The notes under the pieces are model-generated. The model was not told where the DNA came from. It did no database searches and saw only the letters and a program-made list of their open reading frames with translations. Below are positions 19,850-30,891 of a stretch of DNA of 62,209 bases, in pieces. Numbering within the stretch: the first letter of the stretch is position 1; each line of letters begins with the position of its first letter. A program made the position numbers and the translations under genes. Source of the DNA: Lachnospiraceae bacterium (GTDB lineage Bacteria; Bacillota; Clostridia; Lachnospirales; Lachnospiraceae); the NCBI GenBank assembly GCA_017448845.1, contig JAFSKT010000042.1:1-62209 (forward strand), in the 5' to 3' direction.

Positions 19850-21397
19850 ATGATGGCTACTATAATCGCAGTAGCTGTGACTCTTGTTATAGCGGTACCT
19901 GTATCAGCGATCATAGCCACAAATCTCCATGAGAGAAAGATAGAGCGTATCATAGGAGATGCGGATAAGAAGGCTAAGGAGATAACCGAGAAGGCCGAAA
20001 AGGCCGCTGAAGACCTGAAACGTGAGAAGCTTCTTGAGATAAAGGAAGAATCCCTCAATCAGAAGAACGAGATTGAAAAGGAAGCCAGAGACAGACGTGC
20101 GGAAGCCCAGAGACTGGAAAGACGCGCGCAGCAGAAAGAAGAGGCAGCGGACAGGAAGGCCGAACAGGTTGAAAGAAGGGAACAGAGCTGTGCAGACCGT
20201 GAGGCAGAGCTTGGCAGACAGAAGGAAAAGATCGCCAGGCTGAATGAGGATCGTGTACGGGAACTTGAAAGGATCTCAGGTTTAACCTCTGAACAGGCTA
20301 AGGAATATCTTTTAAAGATAGTTGAAGACGATGTAAAGCACGAGTCCGCGCTGATGATAAAGGAATATGAATCACGTGCGAAAGAAGAAGCGGACAAGAA
20401 AGCCAGGGAATATGTGGTAAATGCGATACAGCGCTGTGCGGCTGATCACGTATCCGAAACCACCATATCCGTGGTACAGCTTCCCGGAGATGAAATGAAG
20501 GGAAGGATCATAGGGCGCGAGGGAAGGAACATCAGGACTCTTGAGACCCTTACCGGAGTGGATCTGATCATAGACGACACACCGGAAGCGGTAGTTCTTT
20601 CCGGCTTTGATCCCGTAAGACGTGAAGTAGCCCGTATCGCCCTTGAAAAACTCATTGTAGACGGACGTATCCACCCTGCAAAGATCGAGGAAATGGTTGA
20701 AAAGGCCCGCAAGGAAGTGGATGCCATGATCAAGGAGGAAGGCGAAGCCGCCTGTCTAGAATGCGGAGTGCCCAATGTACATCCCGAGCTGGTAAAGCTC
20801 CTTGGAAGGATGAAGCTCCGTACAAGCTATGGACAGAATGTCCTGAAGCATTCCATCGAGGTATCGATCCTTTCCGGACTGCTGGCATCAGAGATTGGGC
20901 TGGATGTACGTCTTGCCAAGAGAGCAGGACTCCTGCATGACATTGGTAAGGCTGTGGATCATGAAATGGAGGGAAGCCACATACAGCTTGGCGCAGACCT
21001 CTGCCGTAAATACAAGGAATCAGCCGTTGTCATCAATGCCGTTGAAGCACATCACGGCGATGTGGAACCCACATCACTTATCGCTTGCATAGTCCAGGCA
21101 GCAGACACCATCTCCGCCGCCCGTCCGGGTGCCAGGAGAGAAACACTGGACGCTTACACAAATCGTCTTAAGCAACTTGAAGATATCACAAATTCCTTTA
21201 AGGGAGTTGAAAAATCCTTTGCCATTCAGGCGGGTAGAGAGGTCAGAGTCATGGTCGTTCCCGAGCAGGTATCAGACGCAGACATGATCATCATGGCACG
21301 AGACATTGCCAGAAGGATCGAGGACGAAATGGAATATCCCGGTCAGATAAAGGTAAATATCGTGCGAGAGAGCAGAGTTACAGACTTCGCTAAATAA
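19850..21397 (+). CDS. rny: Ribonuclease Y
   Basis: N-terminal TM, coiled coil, KH motif [14 protein letters not shown] motif LLHDIGK. Confidence 0.97.
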   Translation: MMATIIAVAVTLVIAVPVSAIIATNLHERKIERIIGDADKKAKEITEKAEKAAEDLKREKLLEIKEESLNQKNEIEKEARDRRAEAQRLERRAQQKEEAADRKAEQVERREQSCADREAELGRQKEKIARLNEDRVRELERISGLTSEQAKEYLLKIVEDDVKHESALMIKEYESRAKEEADKKAREYVVNAIQRCAADHVSETTISVVQLPGDEMKGRIIGREGRNIRTLETLTGVDLIIDDTPEAVVLSGFDPVRREVARIALEKLIVDGRIHPAKIEEMVEKARKEVDAMIKEEGEAACLECGVPNVHPELVKLLGRMKLRTSYGQNVLKHSIEVSILSGLLASEIGLDVRLAKRAGLLHDIGKAVDHEMEGSHIQLGADLCRKYKESAVVINAVEAHHGDVEPTSLIACIVQAADTISAARPGARRETLDAYTNRLKQLEDITNSFKGVEKSFAIQAGREVRVMVVPEQVSDADMIIMARDIARRIEDEMEYPGQIKVNIVRESRVTDFAK

Positions 21398-21412
21398 TTC
21401 AGAGTAAGATTG

Positions 21413-21447
21413 ACCCGCTGCCCGGAAAGCAAGGCAGCGGGTTTTTT
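21413..21447 (+). terminator. Intrinsic terminator after rny
   Basis: ACCCGCTGCC-10 nt-GGCAGCGGGT-TTTTT. Confidence 0.85.
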
Positions 21448-21505
21448 CGATTGACGGGCATATTCATTTAATTACCTTTACTTGCCCTCGCAGGGGGATC
21501 CGGAC

Positions 21506-22630
21506 ATGATCTATTTAAATAATGCAGCAACTACATACCCTAAACCTGAAGCCGTAAAGGAGGCCTTTGCTAAAAGGCTTGATTTACCGCCCTCCGGGCA
21601 ATACAGAAGCGCAGGCCTTGAAGATGACGCAGATGTTTTTGATATCTGCAGGAAACGTATAGGCTCCCTCCTTAAAATATCAGAGACCGACAGGATCTTT
21701 TTTTCCTCCGGCTCCACCGAAGGGCTTAATTCAATAATAGCAGGGCTTGGGATACCTGCGGATAAGATCATTACCACGGTTACCGAACATAACTCCGTCT
21801 TAAGGCCCCTTTATAATCTTCCCGGCATAAAGGGAAAGCCCCTGCTCCTTCGCTGCGATGAAAACGGAACTGTATCCCCCGGTGATCTTGAGGCAGCTGC
21901 AGGGCATGGAATGAAGGCTTTTATCCTGAACCACTGCTCAAATGTGACCGGAGCCGTGCAGGATGCGGAGGCTTTCGGGAGGATCGCAAAAAAGCACGGG
22001 ATCTTATTCATACTTGATGTTTCACAGAGCGCAGGCTGCGTTGAAGTGGATGTGGACGGATGGAATGCCGACGCTGTTGCTTTTACAGGGCATAAATCCC
22101 TGATGGGACCCCAGGGAACAGGGGGATATTACGTAAGGAAGGGAATAGGCCTTAAGCCCTTGAAATACGGCGGCACAGGTTACGATTCAAGCCGTGTCGT
22201 GTATGACGGGGATGATTATGAGTATGAGGTGGGAACCATGAATTCCGTTGGGATAGCAGCCCTTTCGGAAGCGGTGGACTGGGTATCATCCCTGAGAACA
22301 GACGAAATAAAAAGGCGGGAGATGGCGCTTTCTAAGCAGCTTATTTACGCTTTATCAGAGTTCAAGGGCATCCATGTGATAGGATCCGGGCTTAAGGACA
22401 GGGGCCCTGTCGTAAGCTTTTTTTCAGATACGCTTCCCCCTTCAGACCTTGCCTATATATTGCAGAACAGCTACGGCATAGTTACAAGGGCGGGGCTGCA
22501 CTGTGCGCCCCTGATCCATGATTACATAGGGAGCGGGAAAAAGGGGACGCTTAGGGTCAGTTTTTCCGGATTTAACACAAAGGAAGACGTGGACGCCGTT
22601 ATAGCCGCATTAAGGGATATCCTTGGCTGA
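21506..22630 (+). CDS. Cysteine desulfurase family PLP enzyme (aminotransferase class V)
   Basis: YLNNAATT, EHNSV, DVSQ, TGHK (PLP lysine), RAGLHCA catalytic Cys motif. Confidence 0.9.
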   Translation: MIYLNNAATTYPKPEAVKEAFAKRLDLPPSGQYRSAGLEDDADVFDICRKRIGSLLKISETDRIFFSSGSTEGLNSIIAGLGIPADKIITTVTEHNSVLRPLYNLPGIKGKPLLLRCDENGTVSPGDLEAAAGHGMKAFILNHCSNVTGAVQDAEAFGRIAKKHGILFILDVSQSAGCVEVDVDGWNADAVAFTGHKSLMGPQGTGGYYVRKGIGLKPLKYGGTGYDSSRVVYDGDDYEYEVGTMNSVGIAALSEAVDWVSSLRTDEIKRREMALSKQLIYALSEFKGIHVIGSGLKDRGPVVSFFSDTLPPSDLAYILQNSYGIVTRAGLHCAPLIHDYIGSGKKGTLRVSFSGFNTKEDVDAVIAALRDILG

Positions 22631-22684
22631 TGCAGGAAGCCGGCCTGGCGGGGGGCGAAGCGGATTTAAATGCCGCATCCCATG

Positions 22685-22730
22685 TAGCATATCTTCGATA
22701 TGCTACTATTAACACATCAAAGATGTGTTA
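22685..22730. promoter_or_regulatory. Two tandem 21-bp palindromes (putative operators) overlapping an extended -10
   Basis: TAGCATATC-TTC-GATATGCTA (22685-22705) and TAACACATC-AAA-GATGTGTTA (22710-22730); TGCTACTAT at 22701-22709. Confidence 0.6.
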
Positions 22731-22773
22731 CATTAGCACGGAGGCTTACTATAAAAATACGGAGGGACAGGAC

Positions 22774-23058
22774 ATGAGGATAAAGGGCAGAAGAAAATCT
22801 TTGGAAGCATGTACGGAGTCGGGATGGGATGCTTTTGACCTCCTTACGGAGGGACCCCTTGAGGACTGCGACATAGAGTCGCTGAGTGTCATGGAGGGGT
22901 CATTCCTCTATATGAAGCAGCTTAAAAAGCCCTTTTTTAAGATAGAGAGCGACTTTTATGTGATAAAGGGAGTAAAGGGCGACCCCTTTTTCCGCTTTGC
23001 GGTGCATAGGGACCATGAGGAAAAGGTAGGGGAGCTGGTTTCAAGATTCGGTTCCTGA
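22774..23058 (+). CDS. Hypothetical protein, 94 aa
   Basis: ATG 22774 behind GGAGG; MRIKGRRKSLEACTESG...LKKPFFKIE; the extra 48 codons in the ORF track cover the palindromes. Confidence 0.7.
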   Translation: MRIKGRRKSLEACTESGWDAFDLLTEGPLEDCDIESLSVMEGSFLYMKQLKKPFFKIESDFYVIKGVKGDPFFRFAVHRDHEEKVGELVSRFGS

Positions 23059-23291
23059 AAGGACATGGGCTCCAGGCTGCCAGGGTTAAGAGTGTCCTTA
23101 ACGCACAGTAGGGTCTTTCAATCGTAAAATAGTACACAGTATAAGTAAAATAAAAGAAGAATGCCACATAAAAACGGCCTATACTTATAGTGAACGGATT
23201 AAACGCTTGAGTTTTAATCCTCTTAAGCAGGCCATGGCGTACTTTAATGGCCTGGCTGCAGTAAACAGGTCTTTTTTATTTGGAGGTTATC

Positions 23292-24659
23292 ATGAAGAAA
23301 CTTGCGATGGAAGAAAAGCTTGTGGTGAGGCCGATAGCGGGATGCCTTGTCCATTCCCATTTCTGGGAGGGACCCTGCCGTGCGGGACATAAGGAAGATA
23401 TGACAAAGGAAGCGGAGGCTGCAGCTGCGGACAGATTCGTTAAGCAGATGGAAGAGGAGCTTAAGAACGTCATACCGGAAGCAGAGCTTATGCCCATTAT
23501 AGACTGCAGGTACGAGGAGAAGTTCGTTGTGCCTGAGGAAAAATATGCGGAGATAGAAGAGGGCTTGGAAAATGCCGATATCTTCCTCTGCATGGGATGG
23601 CGTATCCCCAAGCTTGAGCGTTATAAAAAGCCGGTAGTCGTGATGCAGAATGGAAACGAGGGCATAGATTTTGCAGCCTACTGCAGGAATATCGGGGTTG
23701 AAGCCTATGTCGCAATGGATATGCAGGACTTAAATGAGATACTTCACTTCCTCTGGGTAAGGAAGGCTGTGGCCAGTACCAGGGTGCTCTGCCTTTCGGC
23801 AGCTTCACAGCCCACCTTTGGGATCCAGAGCCTTATCAGGGATCCTGAGGTATTGAGGCAGAAATACGGACTGGAGGTTATAAAGCTTCCCTTCTATGAG
23901 ATAACTAAATACATGGATGGGATTTCCGATGAAGAAGCTAAGCCGATAGCTGATAAGTACATAAACGGTTCAAAGGAAACAAAGGTTAATACTGACTGGT
24001 TCATAAATGACATCAAGTATTACCTTGCCGCAAAGAAGATGATGGATGTATACCAGTGCAACGCCTTTACCACGGCCTGCCATGAGCTCTGCACATCCGA
24101 GATCCCGCAGAACAGGAAATTCACGCCGTGCATGTGCCATTCCATAATGAAGGACGAGGGGATCCCCAGCGGATGCGAGGAAGACCTGAACGCCCTTATG
24201 GCCATGTGTATAATGCAGTATACGGCAAACCGCCCCTGCTTCATGGGTAACCCCAACCATGAGACGGACGAGATGCTACGCATACATCATGCGGTTCCGG
24301 CCCTTCAGATGAACGGCTACGGCAGCAGCCCCTTGAATTATAAGCTCTGGGCGTTTACGGGACAGGGCTTCGGCGGGAAGCTCCAGGTCGATTTCACTGA
24401 AAACAAGGAGGACAAGGTTACCCTCGGCAGGTTCAATCCCGCAGGCGACACCATCTGCATAAAGACCGGGGAGGTGATCCGTTCGGAATATGATGAGGTC
24501 TACTGCAGCCCTTATTATTATATACAGATGGATGACGCAAGGACATATATGCATAATCTTGCCGGCTTCGGGCACCACCAGGTGCTGGTCTTCGGTGATT
24601 ATGAAAAGGAGCTTACGGAGCTTTCCCGCTATATGGGATTTAAGGTCCTTAAAGGGTGA
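23292..24659 (+). CDS. L-fucose/L-arabinose isomerase-like sugar isomerase
   Basis: CEED metal motif (GCEEDLNAL), IHH and C-terminal GHH; GGAGG SD; sugar locus context. Confidence 0.7.
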   Translation: MKKLAMEEKLVVRPIAGCLVHSHFWEGPCRAGHKEDMTKEAEAAAADRFVKQMEEELKNVIPEAELMPIIDCRYEEKFVVPEEKYAEIEEGLENADIFLCMGWRIPKLERYKKPVVVMQNGNEGIDFAAYCRNIGVEAYVAMDMQDLNEILHFLWVRKAVASTRVLCLSAASQPTFGIQSLIRDPEVLRQKYGLEVIKLPFYEITKYMDGISDEEAKPIADKYINGSKETKVNTDWFINDIKYYLAAKKMMDVYQCNAFTTACHELCTSEIPQNRKFTPCMCHSIMKDEGIPSGCEEDLNALMAMCIMQYTANRPCFMGNPNHETDEMLRIHHAVPALQMNGYGSSPLNYKLWAFTGQGFGGKLQVDFTENKEDKVTLGRFNPAGDTICIKTGEVIRSEYDEVYCSPYYYIQMDDARTYMHNLAGFGHHQVLVFGDYEKELTELSRYMGFKVLKG

Positions 24660-24685
24660 GGCGCGACTTAAATGGCTTATCGTTG

Positions 24686-24716
24686 CCGCTGCTGTCTGAT
24701 AGACGGCAGCGGTTTT
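24686..24716 (+). terminator. Intrinsic terminator after isomerase
   Basis: CCGCTGCTGTCT-GAT-AGACGGCAGCGG-TTTT. Confidence 0.75.
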
Positions 24717-24870
24717 ACAATGTAATGGATAATTTCCCACCGGGTATGTTATTATGATATCAGGGTCAAAAGTCCGAGCCCACTTTGTGCTTGCACAAAA
24801 GCGGGGGAACGACCCGATACCGGGTTCCGGCCCGGGCATCACTATAAACGAATTCAGGGAGTATTCCATT

Positions 24871-25743
24871 ATGGTCATAAGCAAGGATGAAACAAGGCTT
24901 CCGGAGGATTTTCCGGTGCTAATAAGGACAGTTACACTCCTGGAATCGGATAATGACGCAGAAAAATTCCACTATCACGATTTCTGTGAAATAACCTGTG
25001 TTTTATCAGGCAGCGGCATTTATTACATCAATGGCACCCAGTATCCGGTGAAGCCCGGGGACATCATCATATTCAACCAGGTGGAGCCCCACGGCTGGAC
25101 CGTAAAGGAACGTGCCATGGAAGTGCTTGTCCTTACCTTTGCTCCGGAGATAATAGCGGATCCCGCAGGGACGGCGACGGATGAATACCTGAAGACATTC
25201 TTCTATCTCGGAAGCCATTTTAAGAACCTGATATCCTCTGCTGACAAAAGGACTGGGGAGATTAAGGGTATTATGGATGAGATAGCCGGAGAAATGCGCC
25301 GCAGGGAAAAAGGTTATGAAGGCATGGTAAGGGCTGATATCTTAAGGATCCTTACGCTTCTCATAAGACATTATGAGAGGGAGGGGGCGGGCACGGACAT
25401 AGACCTGAATGAAAAAAAGCGCTCCATGAAACGGCTTGAGGATGTAGTTTATTACATAAATTCCCACTATACCGAAAACCTGACCCTTGAAGAGGTGGCG
25501 GGCAGGGCATATATGAGCCCCAGCTATTTCAGTACGTATTTCAGGAATGTGACTAACAGGAGATTCAGCGAATATGTGACGATGCTCCGGCTTAACCGGG
25601 TGCAGGAATTGTTCCTTACTACGGACAGGACCGTTTCATCCATAGCGATGGAGTGCGGCTTCAGGAATATGTCAAACTTTTACAGACTGTATAAAAAGCA
25701 TGTCGGCAGCCTTCCGGCAAAGGGAAGGACGGGCACTATGTGA
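24871..25743 (+). CDS. AraC family regulator with cupin sensor domain
   Basis: HYHDFCEI/EPH cupin; MSPSYFS and IAMECGFRNMSNFYR double HTH; ATG 24871 behind GGGAG. Confidence 0.92.
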   Translation: MVISKDETRLPEDFPVLIRTVTLLESDNDAEKFHYHDFCEITCVLSGSGIYYINGTQYPVKPGDIIIFNQVEPHGWTVKERAMEVLVLTFAPEIIADPAGTATDEYLKTFFYLGSHFKNLISSADKRTGEIKGIMDEIAGEMRRREKGYEGMVRADILRILTLLIRHYEREGAGTDIDLNEKKRSMKRLEDVVYYINSHYTENLTLEEVAGRAYMSPSYFSTYFRNVTNRRFSEYVTMLRLNRVQELFLTTDRTVSSIAMECGFRNMSNFYRLYKKHVGSLPAKGRTGTM

Positions 25744-25816
25744 GGGCGTGCCCCGGTAAGCCCTGAAATTTTGGAGACAGGCCCGTCGAACGAAACAAGA
25801 AGGAACGGTAAAGAAT

Positions 25817-28264
25817 ATGAGGATTGAAAAGAACAACAATAAAATATTGATTGAAAAGGACGGGGAGATAACGGAGCTTTCCCGTATAAGGGATAACATC
25901 ATAAGATGCAGGTACGGCAGGGGAAACCTGTCCACTGAACCGTCAATGATCATAGACCCCGGGGTTACTGAAGACAGGCCGGACCAAGGGGAATTTGGAT
26001 TCAGTGAGACTGCAGGCACTTTCAAGGCCTGGACAGCTTCACTCATTGCAGAAGTATCAAAGGACAGCCTGGAAACCGTATGGGAAAACGGAGATGGAAA
26101 GGTTTATCTTGCAGAGGGTAAAAAGGAATTCATGGATATCCCTGTGATGAAATATACCACCGGAGGAGAGGAACCCATAATAGACAGGGTGAAGACCGTG
26201 GACGGGGAGAGGAACTTCATCCGTAACCTTAAGGAGACCGAGGACCACAGGGCATTACAGGGAAGGCTGCATTTCAGGTTTTCTCCTGATGAGCACATAC
26301 ACGGCCTGGGGCAGGGGGAAGAAGGGATCTATGACTACAGGAGCCATGTGCAGTACCTGTATCAGCATAATATGCGGATCCCGATGCCGGTAATGGTGTC
26401 CGATAAAGGCTATGGGATCCTTTTTGACTGCACCGGCCTTATGACGTTTTCCGATACGGAAAACGGATCATATATGTATTTTGATACTGTTCCCTGCCTT
26501 GATTACTATTTCGTGTCCGGGGAAAGGACCGATGATATCATAGCGGGCTTCAGGTATCTTACGGGAAGCGCAGTGATGCTCCCTAAATGGGCTTACGGCT
26601 ATGTGCAGTCAAAGGAGCAGTATTATACCGCAAATGAGCTTCTTAAAGTGGCGGAGCATTACAGGGAGCTTGATATACCCATAGACTGCGTGGTCCAGGA
26701 CTGGAATACCTGGGAAAAGGACAAGTGGGGGAATAAGATCCTGGATAATGAACGTTATGGGAATATGGAGGAGTGCGCAGAAAAGCTCCACGCCCTGAAT
26801 GTCCATACCATGGTATCAGTATGGCCGAACATGAATTCCGGTACGGAGAATTATGATGAGTTCATGGCAAAGGGGCAGCTATTAAACGACCTTGCCACCT
26901 ATGACGCCTTTGATTGCGACGCAAGGGAAACATACTGGAAACAGGTAAAGGAAGGGCTTTTTGACAGGGGCTTTGACTCCTTCTGGTGCGACAGCACGGA
27001 GCCTTTTTCCGGCCCGGACTGGGGAGGCGAAATAAAAAGGGAGCCCTGGAAGCGTTTTGAGATCGTAGGAAACGAGCATAAAAAATACCTTCCCCCGGAA
27101 AAAGCAAATGCATACGCCTTATCCCACGCAAAGGGGATATTTGAGAACCAGAGAAGTACCACAAAGGAGAAGAGAGTCTTAAACCTTACCCGCTCCGGAT
27201 ATGCTTCGGGACAGCGTTATGCGGCCATGCTCTGGTCCGGGGATACCTGCGCATCGTGGGAAACCCTGAAACGACAGATCATAGAGGGGCTTAACATGGG
27301 GCTTTCCGGATATCCGTACTGGACCCTTGACATAGGCGGGTTTTTTACAGTGGGAAAGGAATGGAAGAACAGGGGCTGCGGCTGTAATAATGACCCTACG
27401 CCGAAATGGTTCTGGAACGGGATATATGATGACGGGGTTAAAGACAGAGGATACTGTGAGCTCTATGTCCGCTGGCTGCAGCTCGGTGTCTTCCTTCCAA
27501 TGTTCCGCTCCCATGGCACGGATACGCCGAGGGAAATATGGAATTTCGGGAAAGAGGGGGATATGTTTTATGATGCAATAGCAAAGGCCATAAGGCTCAG
27601 GTATGCGCTCATGCCTTATATCTATTCCCTTGCGGGGGAGGTGTGCCTTGATTCCGGTACAATCATGCGGAGCCTCCTCTTTGATTTTCCGGATGACCTG
27701 AAGGCAGCGGGTATTTCGGATGAATTCATGTTCGGGAAGGGACTCCTTATCTGCCCTGTAATAAGCCCCATGTATTATGAAGCAAAAAACAGAAAGCTTC
27801 CGGATAGCATAGGGAAAACCCGGGACTGCTATCTTCCCGGAGGCTGTGACTGGTATGATATCAGGGACAATAAAAGATACATGGGAGGACAGACAGTACC
27901 TGCCAGGGCAGAGATAGAAAGCATCCCTGTTTTCGCAAGGGCAGGAAGCATAATCCCCATGATGGAGGGCTTAAGATACGCTTCAGATTATGGTGACAAG
28001 CCTATGGAAATCAGGGTGTTTACCGGAGGTGACGCTTACTTCACGTATTATGATGATGAAGGGGACGGTTATAAGTGTGAAGAGGGAGAGTACGAAAGGA
28101 TAAGGCTTTCCTGGTCTGAAAAGGACCGGACCCTCACCATAGGAGCGAGGGAGGGAAGGTTTAAGGGAATGAAGGATAAGCGCAGGGTCAGGATTTTCTT
28201 TGACGGTGTGCCGGTGCCTGAGATTTCTTACACCGGGGATGTAATAACAGTAAAAGCGCCCTGA
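25817..28264 (+). CDS. Glycoside hydrolase family 31 (alpha-xylosidase-like)
   Basis: LPKWAYG, VVQDW, WCDSTEP nucleophile, WSGD, DIGGF, FRSHG, YDDEGDGY; no signal peptide. Confidence 0.9.
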   Translation: MRIEKNNNKILIEKDGEITELSRIRDNIIRCRYGRGNLSTEPSMIIDPGVTEDRPDQGEFGFSETAGTFKAWTASLIAEVSKDSLETVWENGDGKVYLAEGKKEFMDIPVMKYTTGGEEPIIDRVKTVDGERNFIRNLKETEDHRALQGRLHFRFSPDEHIHGLGQGEEGIYDYRSHVQYLYQHNMRIPMPVMVSDKGYGILFDCTGLMTFSDTENGSYMYFDTVPCLDYYFVSGERTDDIIAGFRYLTGSAVMLPKWAYGYVQSKEQYYTANELLKVAEHYRELDIPIDCVVQDWNTWEKDKWGNKILDNERYGNMEECAEKLHALNVHTMVSVWPNMNSGTENYDEFMAKGQLLNDLATYDAFDCDARETYWKQVKEGLFDRGFDSFWCDSTEPFSGPDWGGEIKREPWKRFEIVGNEHKKYLPPEKANAYALSHAKGIFENQRSTTKEKRVLNLTRSGYASGQRYAAMLWSGDTCASWETLKRQIIEGLNMGLSGYPYWTLDIGGFFTVGKEWKNRGCGCNNDPTPKWFWNGIYDDGVKDRGYCELYVRWLQLGVFLPMFRSHGTDTPREIWNFGKEGDMFYDAIAKAIRLRYALMPYIYSLAGEVCLDSGTIMRSLLFDFPDDLKAAGISDEFMFGKGLLICPVISPMYYEAKNRKLPDSIGKTRDCYLPGGCDWYDIRDNKRYMGGQTVPARAEIESIPVFARAGSIIPMMEGLRYASDYGDKPMEIRVFTGGDAYFTYYDDEGDGYKCEEGEYERIRLSWSEKDRTLTIGAREGRFKGMKDKRRVRIFFDGVPVPEISYTGDVITVKAP

Positions 28265-28310
28265 TCTGCCCGGAGACTATTTGACGAAAAGGTGACCCGG
28301 AAAGCCCGTT

Positions 28311-30089
28311 ATGAAAAAGAAGAGCATCAGGATAATACTTTTAAGAACGCTGCTCATACTGTCGGTGGTGACGCTGCTTTTCACATCGGCAGTTTTTTCC
28401 GTGATGCAGTACAATACGCTTAAAAACCACGCAACCCGAGACATGCAGGCAAACTGCAGATCCATAGCGGGAAGCTTAAGCCAGTCCATAAAGGAAATGG
28501 ACACCATCCTTTTATATTCCATTGCGTCCTCTGAATTAAAAGAGGATTTTTCCGGTTTCATGGCAGCCGATACTTCCATCGGGAAATTCCGCAGCAGGCA
28601 GAAGCTGGCCGGGACAATGATAGCCCTTAAGGGCTTTGATTTTTCAATAAGGCAGCTTAATATCTACGACCCAGAGTCCGGGGGATACGGTGTTGGCAAC
28701 TATAACGGGGAGATCCCGGGAAGCGTAAAGGAACAGCCCTGGTATGGAAAAACCCTTGAAAACGCCGGGAAGAAGTATATTTATGCACCTGCGGCGGACC
28801 CTGCGGCATCTGAGGCCGCAGGGGTAATGAGCGACACTCTGTATTTTTCACTCTGCAGGATGTTTTACGGAGACATGCATATCCCCATAGGGTTTCTCGA
28901 AGTCAAGATGTATTATGACGAGCTTTTTAAGAGGATAAGCTTTGAGGGCGGAGGGCTTGAACCCGTGATAGTCGTTTATGACAGCTACGGCAGGCAGGTA
29001 TACCCCGCCTACTCCGTATTCCCCTATTATTCATACAGAGAGGCGGGGGACGGTGAGATAAAGAACACCTATACCGGAAGGACCCAGTACCTCTGCTTTT
29101 CCGAAGATGAGGATGACGCCCTGACAGTGGCCATGGCAGTTGACGAGGCTGTGTTCATGGTACCGGTATACAGATCCTTCATCCCGTTCATCGCCGGTGT
29201 CGCTGTAATCTTCCTCGTATGCCTGGGACTTGCTGCGGCCCTTTCCAGGCAGATGAGCGATCCCATAAGGAAGATATATGAATTCCTGTCAAAGCCCGGT
29301 GAGGGAGGTTTTGAAAAAATGGAGCTTATGGATTCGGGGGTGCTTGAGATAGATACCCTAAGGGACTCCATAAATGAAAGCATACAGGTTAAGGAAAGCA
29401 CCACAAAAACAATGCTCACGCTGAAAGAGCAGGAGATGCAGGCCAGGATGCTGGCCCTCCAGTCCCAGATGAATCCCCATTTCCTTTATAATTCCCTTTC
29501 GATGATCGGGGAAATGGCTGAAAGGGGAATGACGGAAGAGGTATCTGAGATGTGCGGGGACATCACTTCGATCCTCCGTTATATTTCATCTGACAGTGAG
29601 CAGAGGATAAGCGTGGAAGAGGAGATGGAGCAGGTGGACCGTTTCTTACGGTGCATGAAGCGCAGGTTTGGAGACGGCCTTGTCTTCCGTTATGATATCG
29701 AGGACGGCATACTGGACTGCATGGTGCCGAAGCTCTGCGTGCAGCTTTTAGTCGAGAATGCAATAAAGGCGGTGACAAGCCACAGGGAGCCCTGGGAGAT
29801 AGCAGTTGAGGGTTCCGGGAATGACAGGGAATGGCATATCACGGTTTCAGACAACGGCCCGGGCTTTGAAGAGGATGTGGACAGGAGGCTGAGGAAGGAC
29901 ATGGATGGCATACTTAAGACCGGGATCCTTCCAAGCCTTAAGATAGAGGGAATGGGGATACTGAACATATTCATAAGGCTCTATTTAATGGACGGGATCC
30001 CCTTTGTCTTTGATTTCGGGAACAAGGCTGAAGGCGGGGCTTTTGTAACCATAGGGGGATATATACATGGTGCGGATAGACCATTATAA
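28311..30089 (+). CDS. YesM-type sensor histidine kinase
   Basis: Two TMs around an extracellular domain, LQSQMNPHFLYNSL, LVENAI, DNGPG, GMGILNI. Confidence 0.92.
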   Translation: MKKKSIRIILLRTLLILSVVTLLFTSAVFSVMQYNTLKNHATRDMQANCRSIAGSLSQSIKEMDTILLYSIASSELKEDFSGFMAADTSIGKFRSRQKLAGTMIALKGFDFSIRQLNIYDPESGGYGVGNYNGEIPGSVKEQPWYGKTLENAGKKYIYAPAADPAASEAAGVMSDTLYFSLCRMFYGDMHIPIGFLEVKMYYDELFKRISFEGGGLEPVIVVYDSYGRQVYPAYSVFPYYSYREAGDGEIKNTYTGRTQYLCFSEDEDDALTVAMAVDEAVFMVPVYRSFIPFIAGVAVIFLVCLGLAAALSRQMSDPIRKIYEFLSKPGEGGFEKMELMDSGVLEIDTLRDSINESIQVKESTTKTMLTLKEQEMQARMLALQSQMNPHFLYNSLSMIGEMAERGMTEEVSEMCGDITSILRYISSDSEQRISVEEEMEQVDRFLRCMKRRFGDGLVFRYDIEDGILDCMVPKLCVQLLVENAIKAVTSHREPWEIAVEGSGNDREWHITVSDNGPGFEEDVDRRLRKDMDGILKTGILPSLKIEGMGILNIFIRLYLMDGIPFVFDFGNKAEGGAFVTIGGYIHGADRPL

Positions 30090-30819
30090 CGTGCTGATAG
30101 CAGATGATGAATATATGCTAAGGGAATCCTTAAGCCGCAGGATAATGGAGGCCAATGAAAGCTTCAGGGTGGTCTCGGAGTGCGCTGAGGGGAGGTCGGC
30201 CTTGAGGGTCCTTGAAAAGGAGAGCATCCAGGTGGTCTTTACCGATATAAGGATGCCTGAGACCGACGGGCTTGAGCTGGCAAAATGCATACATGAAAAA
30301 TATCCTGAAATACTCACCGTAATCCTTACCGGATATGCGGATTTCGAATATGCCAGGGAGGCCATAAGGCAGGAGGTTTTTGATTACCTCTTAAAGCCTG
30401 TGTCGGATGAAAAGCTTTCAGAGGTACTATGGAAGCTTACGGTAAGGCTGCAGAAGGACTATGAGCTCCCGGGGGAGGAGACCCTTACGGGGAAAAGCGC
30501 CGAGGAAATTGCGGCAAGGACGGAGCAGTACATAAGGGAGCATTTCAGGGAGGAGATGGATTTTGGCGCCCTTGCCGGTGAATACGGTTTTTCGCTGGCA
30601 TACTTAAGCAAAGTGTTCACTAAACTCCGTGGCGAATCCCTGGTCAGATACCTTACCCATATAAGGATCAGGGAGGCAAAAAGGCTGCTTGAGGCAACGG
30701 ATGAGCCTATAGCGAGGGTAGGGGAGCTGTCAGGGTATCCGGACCAGTTTTATTTCAGCAGGACCTTCCGTAAGGAGACGGGGGAGAACCCCACCAAATA
30801 CAGGAAAAGATATCGGTAA
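30067..30819 (+). CDS. YesN-type response regulator (REC plus AraC HTH)
   Basis: ADDE, TDIRMP, YLLKP, GYPDQFYFSRTFRK. Confidence 0.93.
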   Translation: MVRIDHYNVLIADDEYMLRESLSRRIMEANESFRVVSECAEGRSALRVLEKESIQVVFTDIRMPETDGLELAKCIHEKYPEILTVILTGYADFEYAREAIRQEVFDYLLKPVSDEKLSEVLWKLTVRLQKDYELPGEETLTGKSAEEIAARTEQYIREHFREEMDFGALAGEYGFSLAYLSKVFTKLRGESLVRYLTHIRIREAKRLLEATDEPIARVGELSGYPDQFYFSRTFRKETGENPTKYRKRYR

Positions 30820-30823
30820 CACT

Positions 30824-30857
30824 ATAAAACCGGGGCTGCCATGAATCCAGCCCCGGT
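30824..30857 (-). terminator. Terminator between convergent genes (U-tract on minus strand)
   Basis: AAA-ACCGGGGCTG-9 nt-CAGCCCCGGT. Confidence 0.7.
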
Positions 30858-30891
30858 CAAATCATTCAGTCACGACACCGCCATAACCGCT

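Noticed and set aside
22630-22773. 48-codon N-terminal extension of the small hypothetical protein
   Set aside because: Covers the palindromes and a -10 box; the clear SD is before ATG 22774
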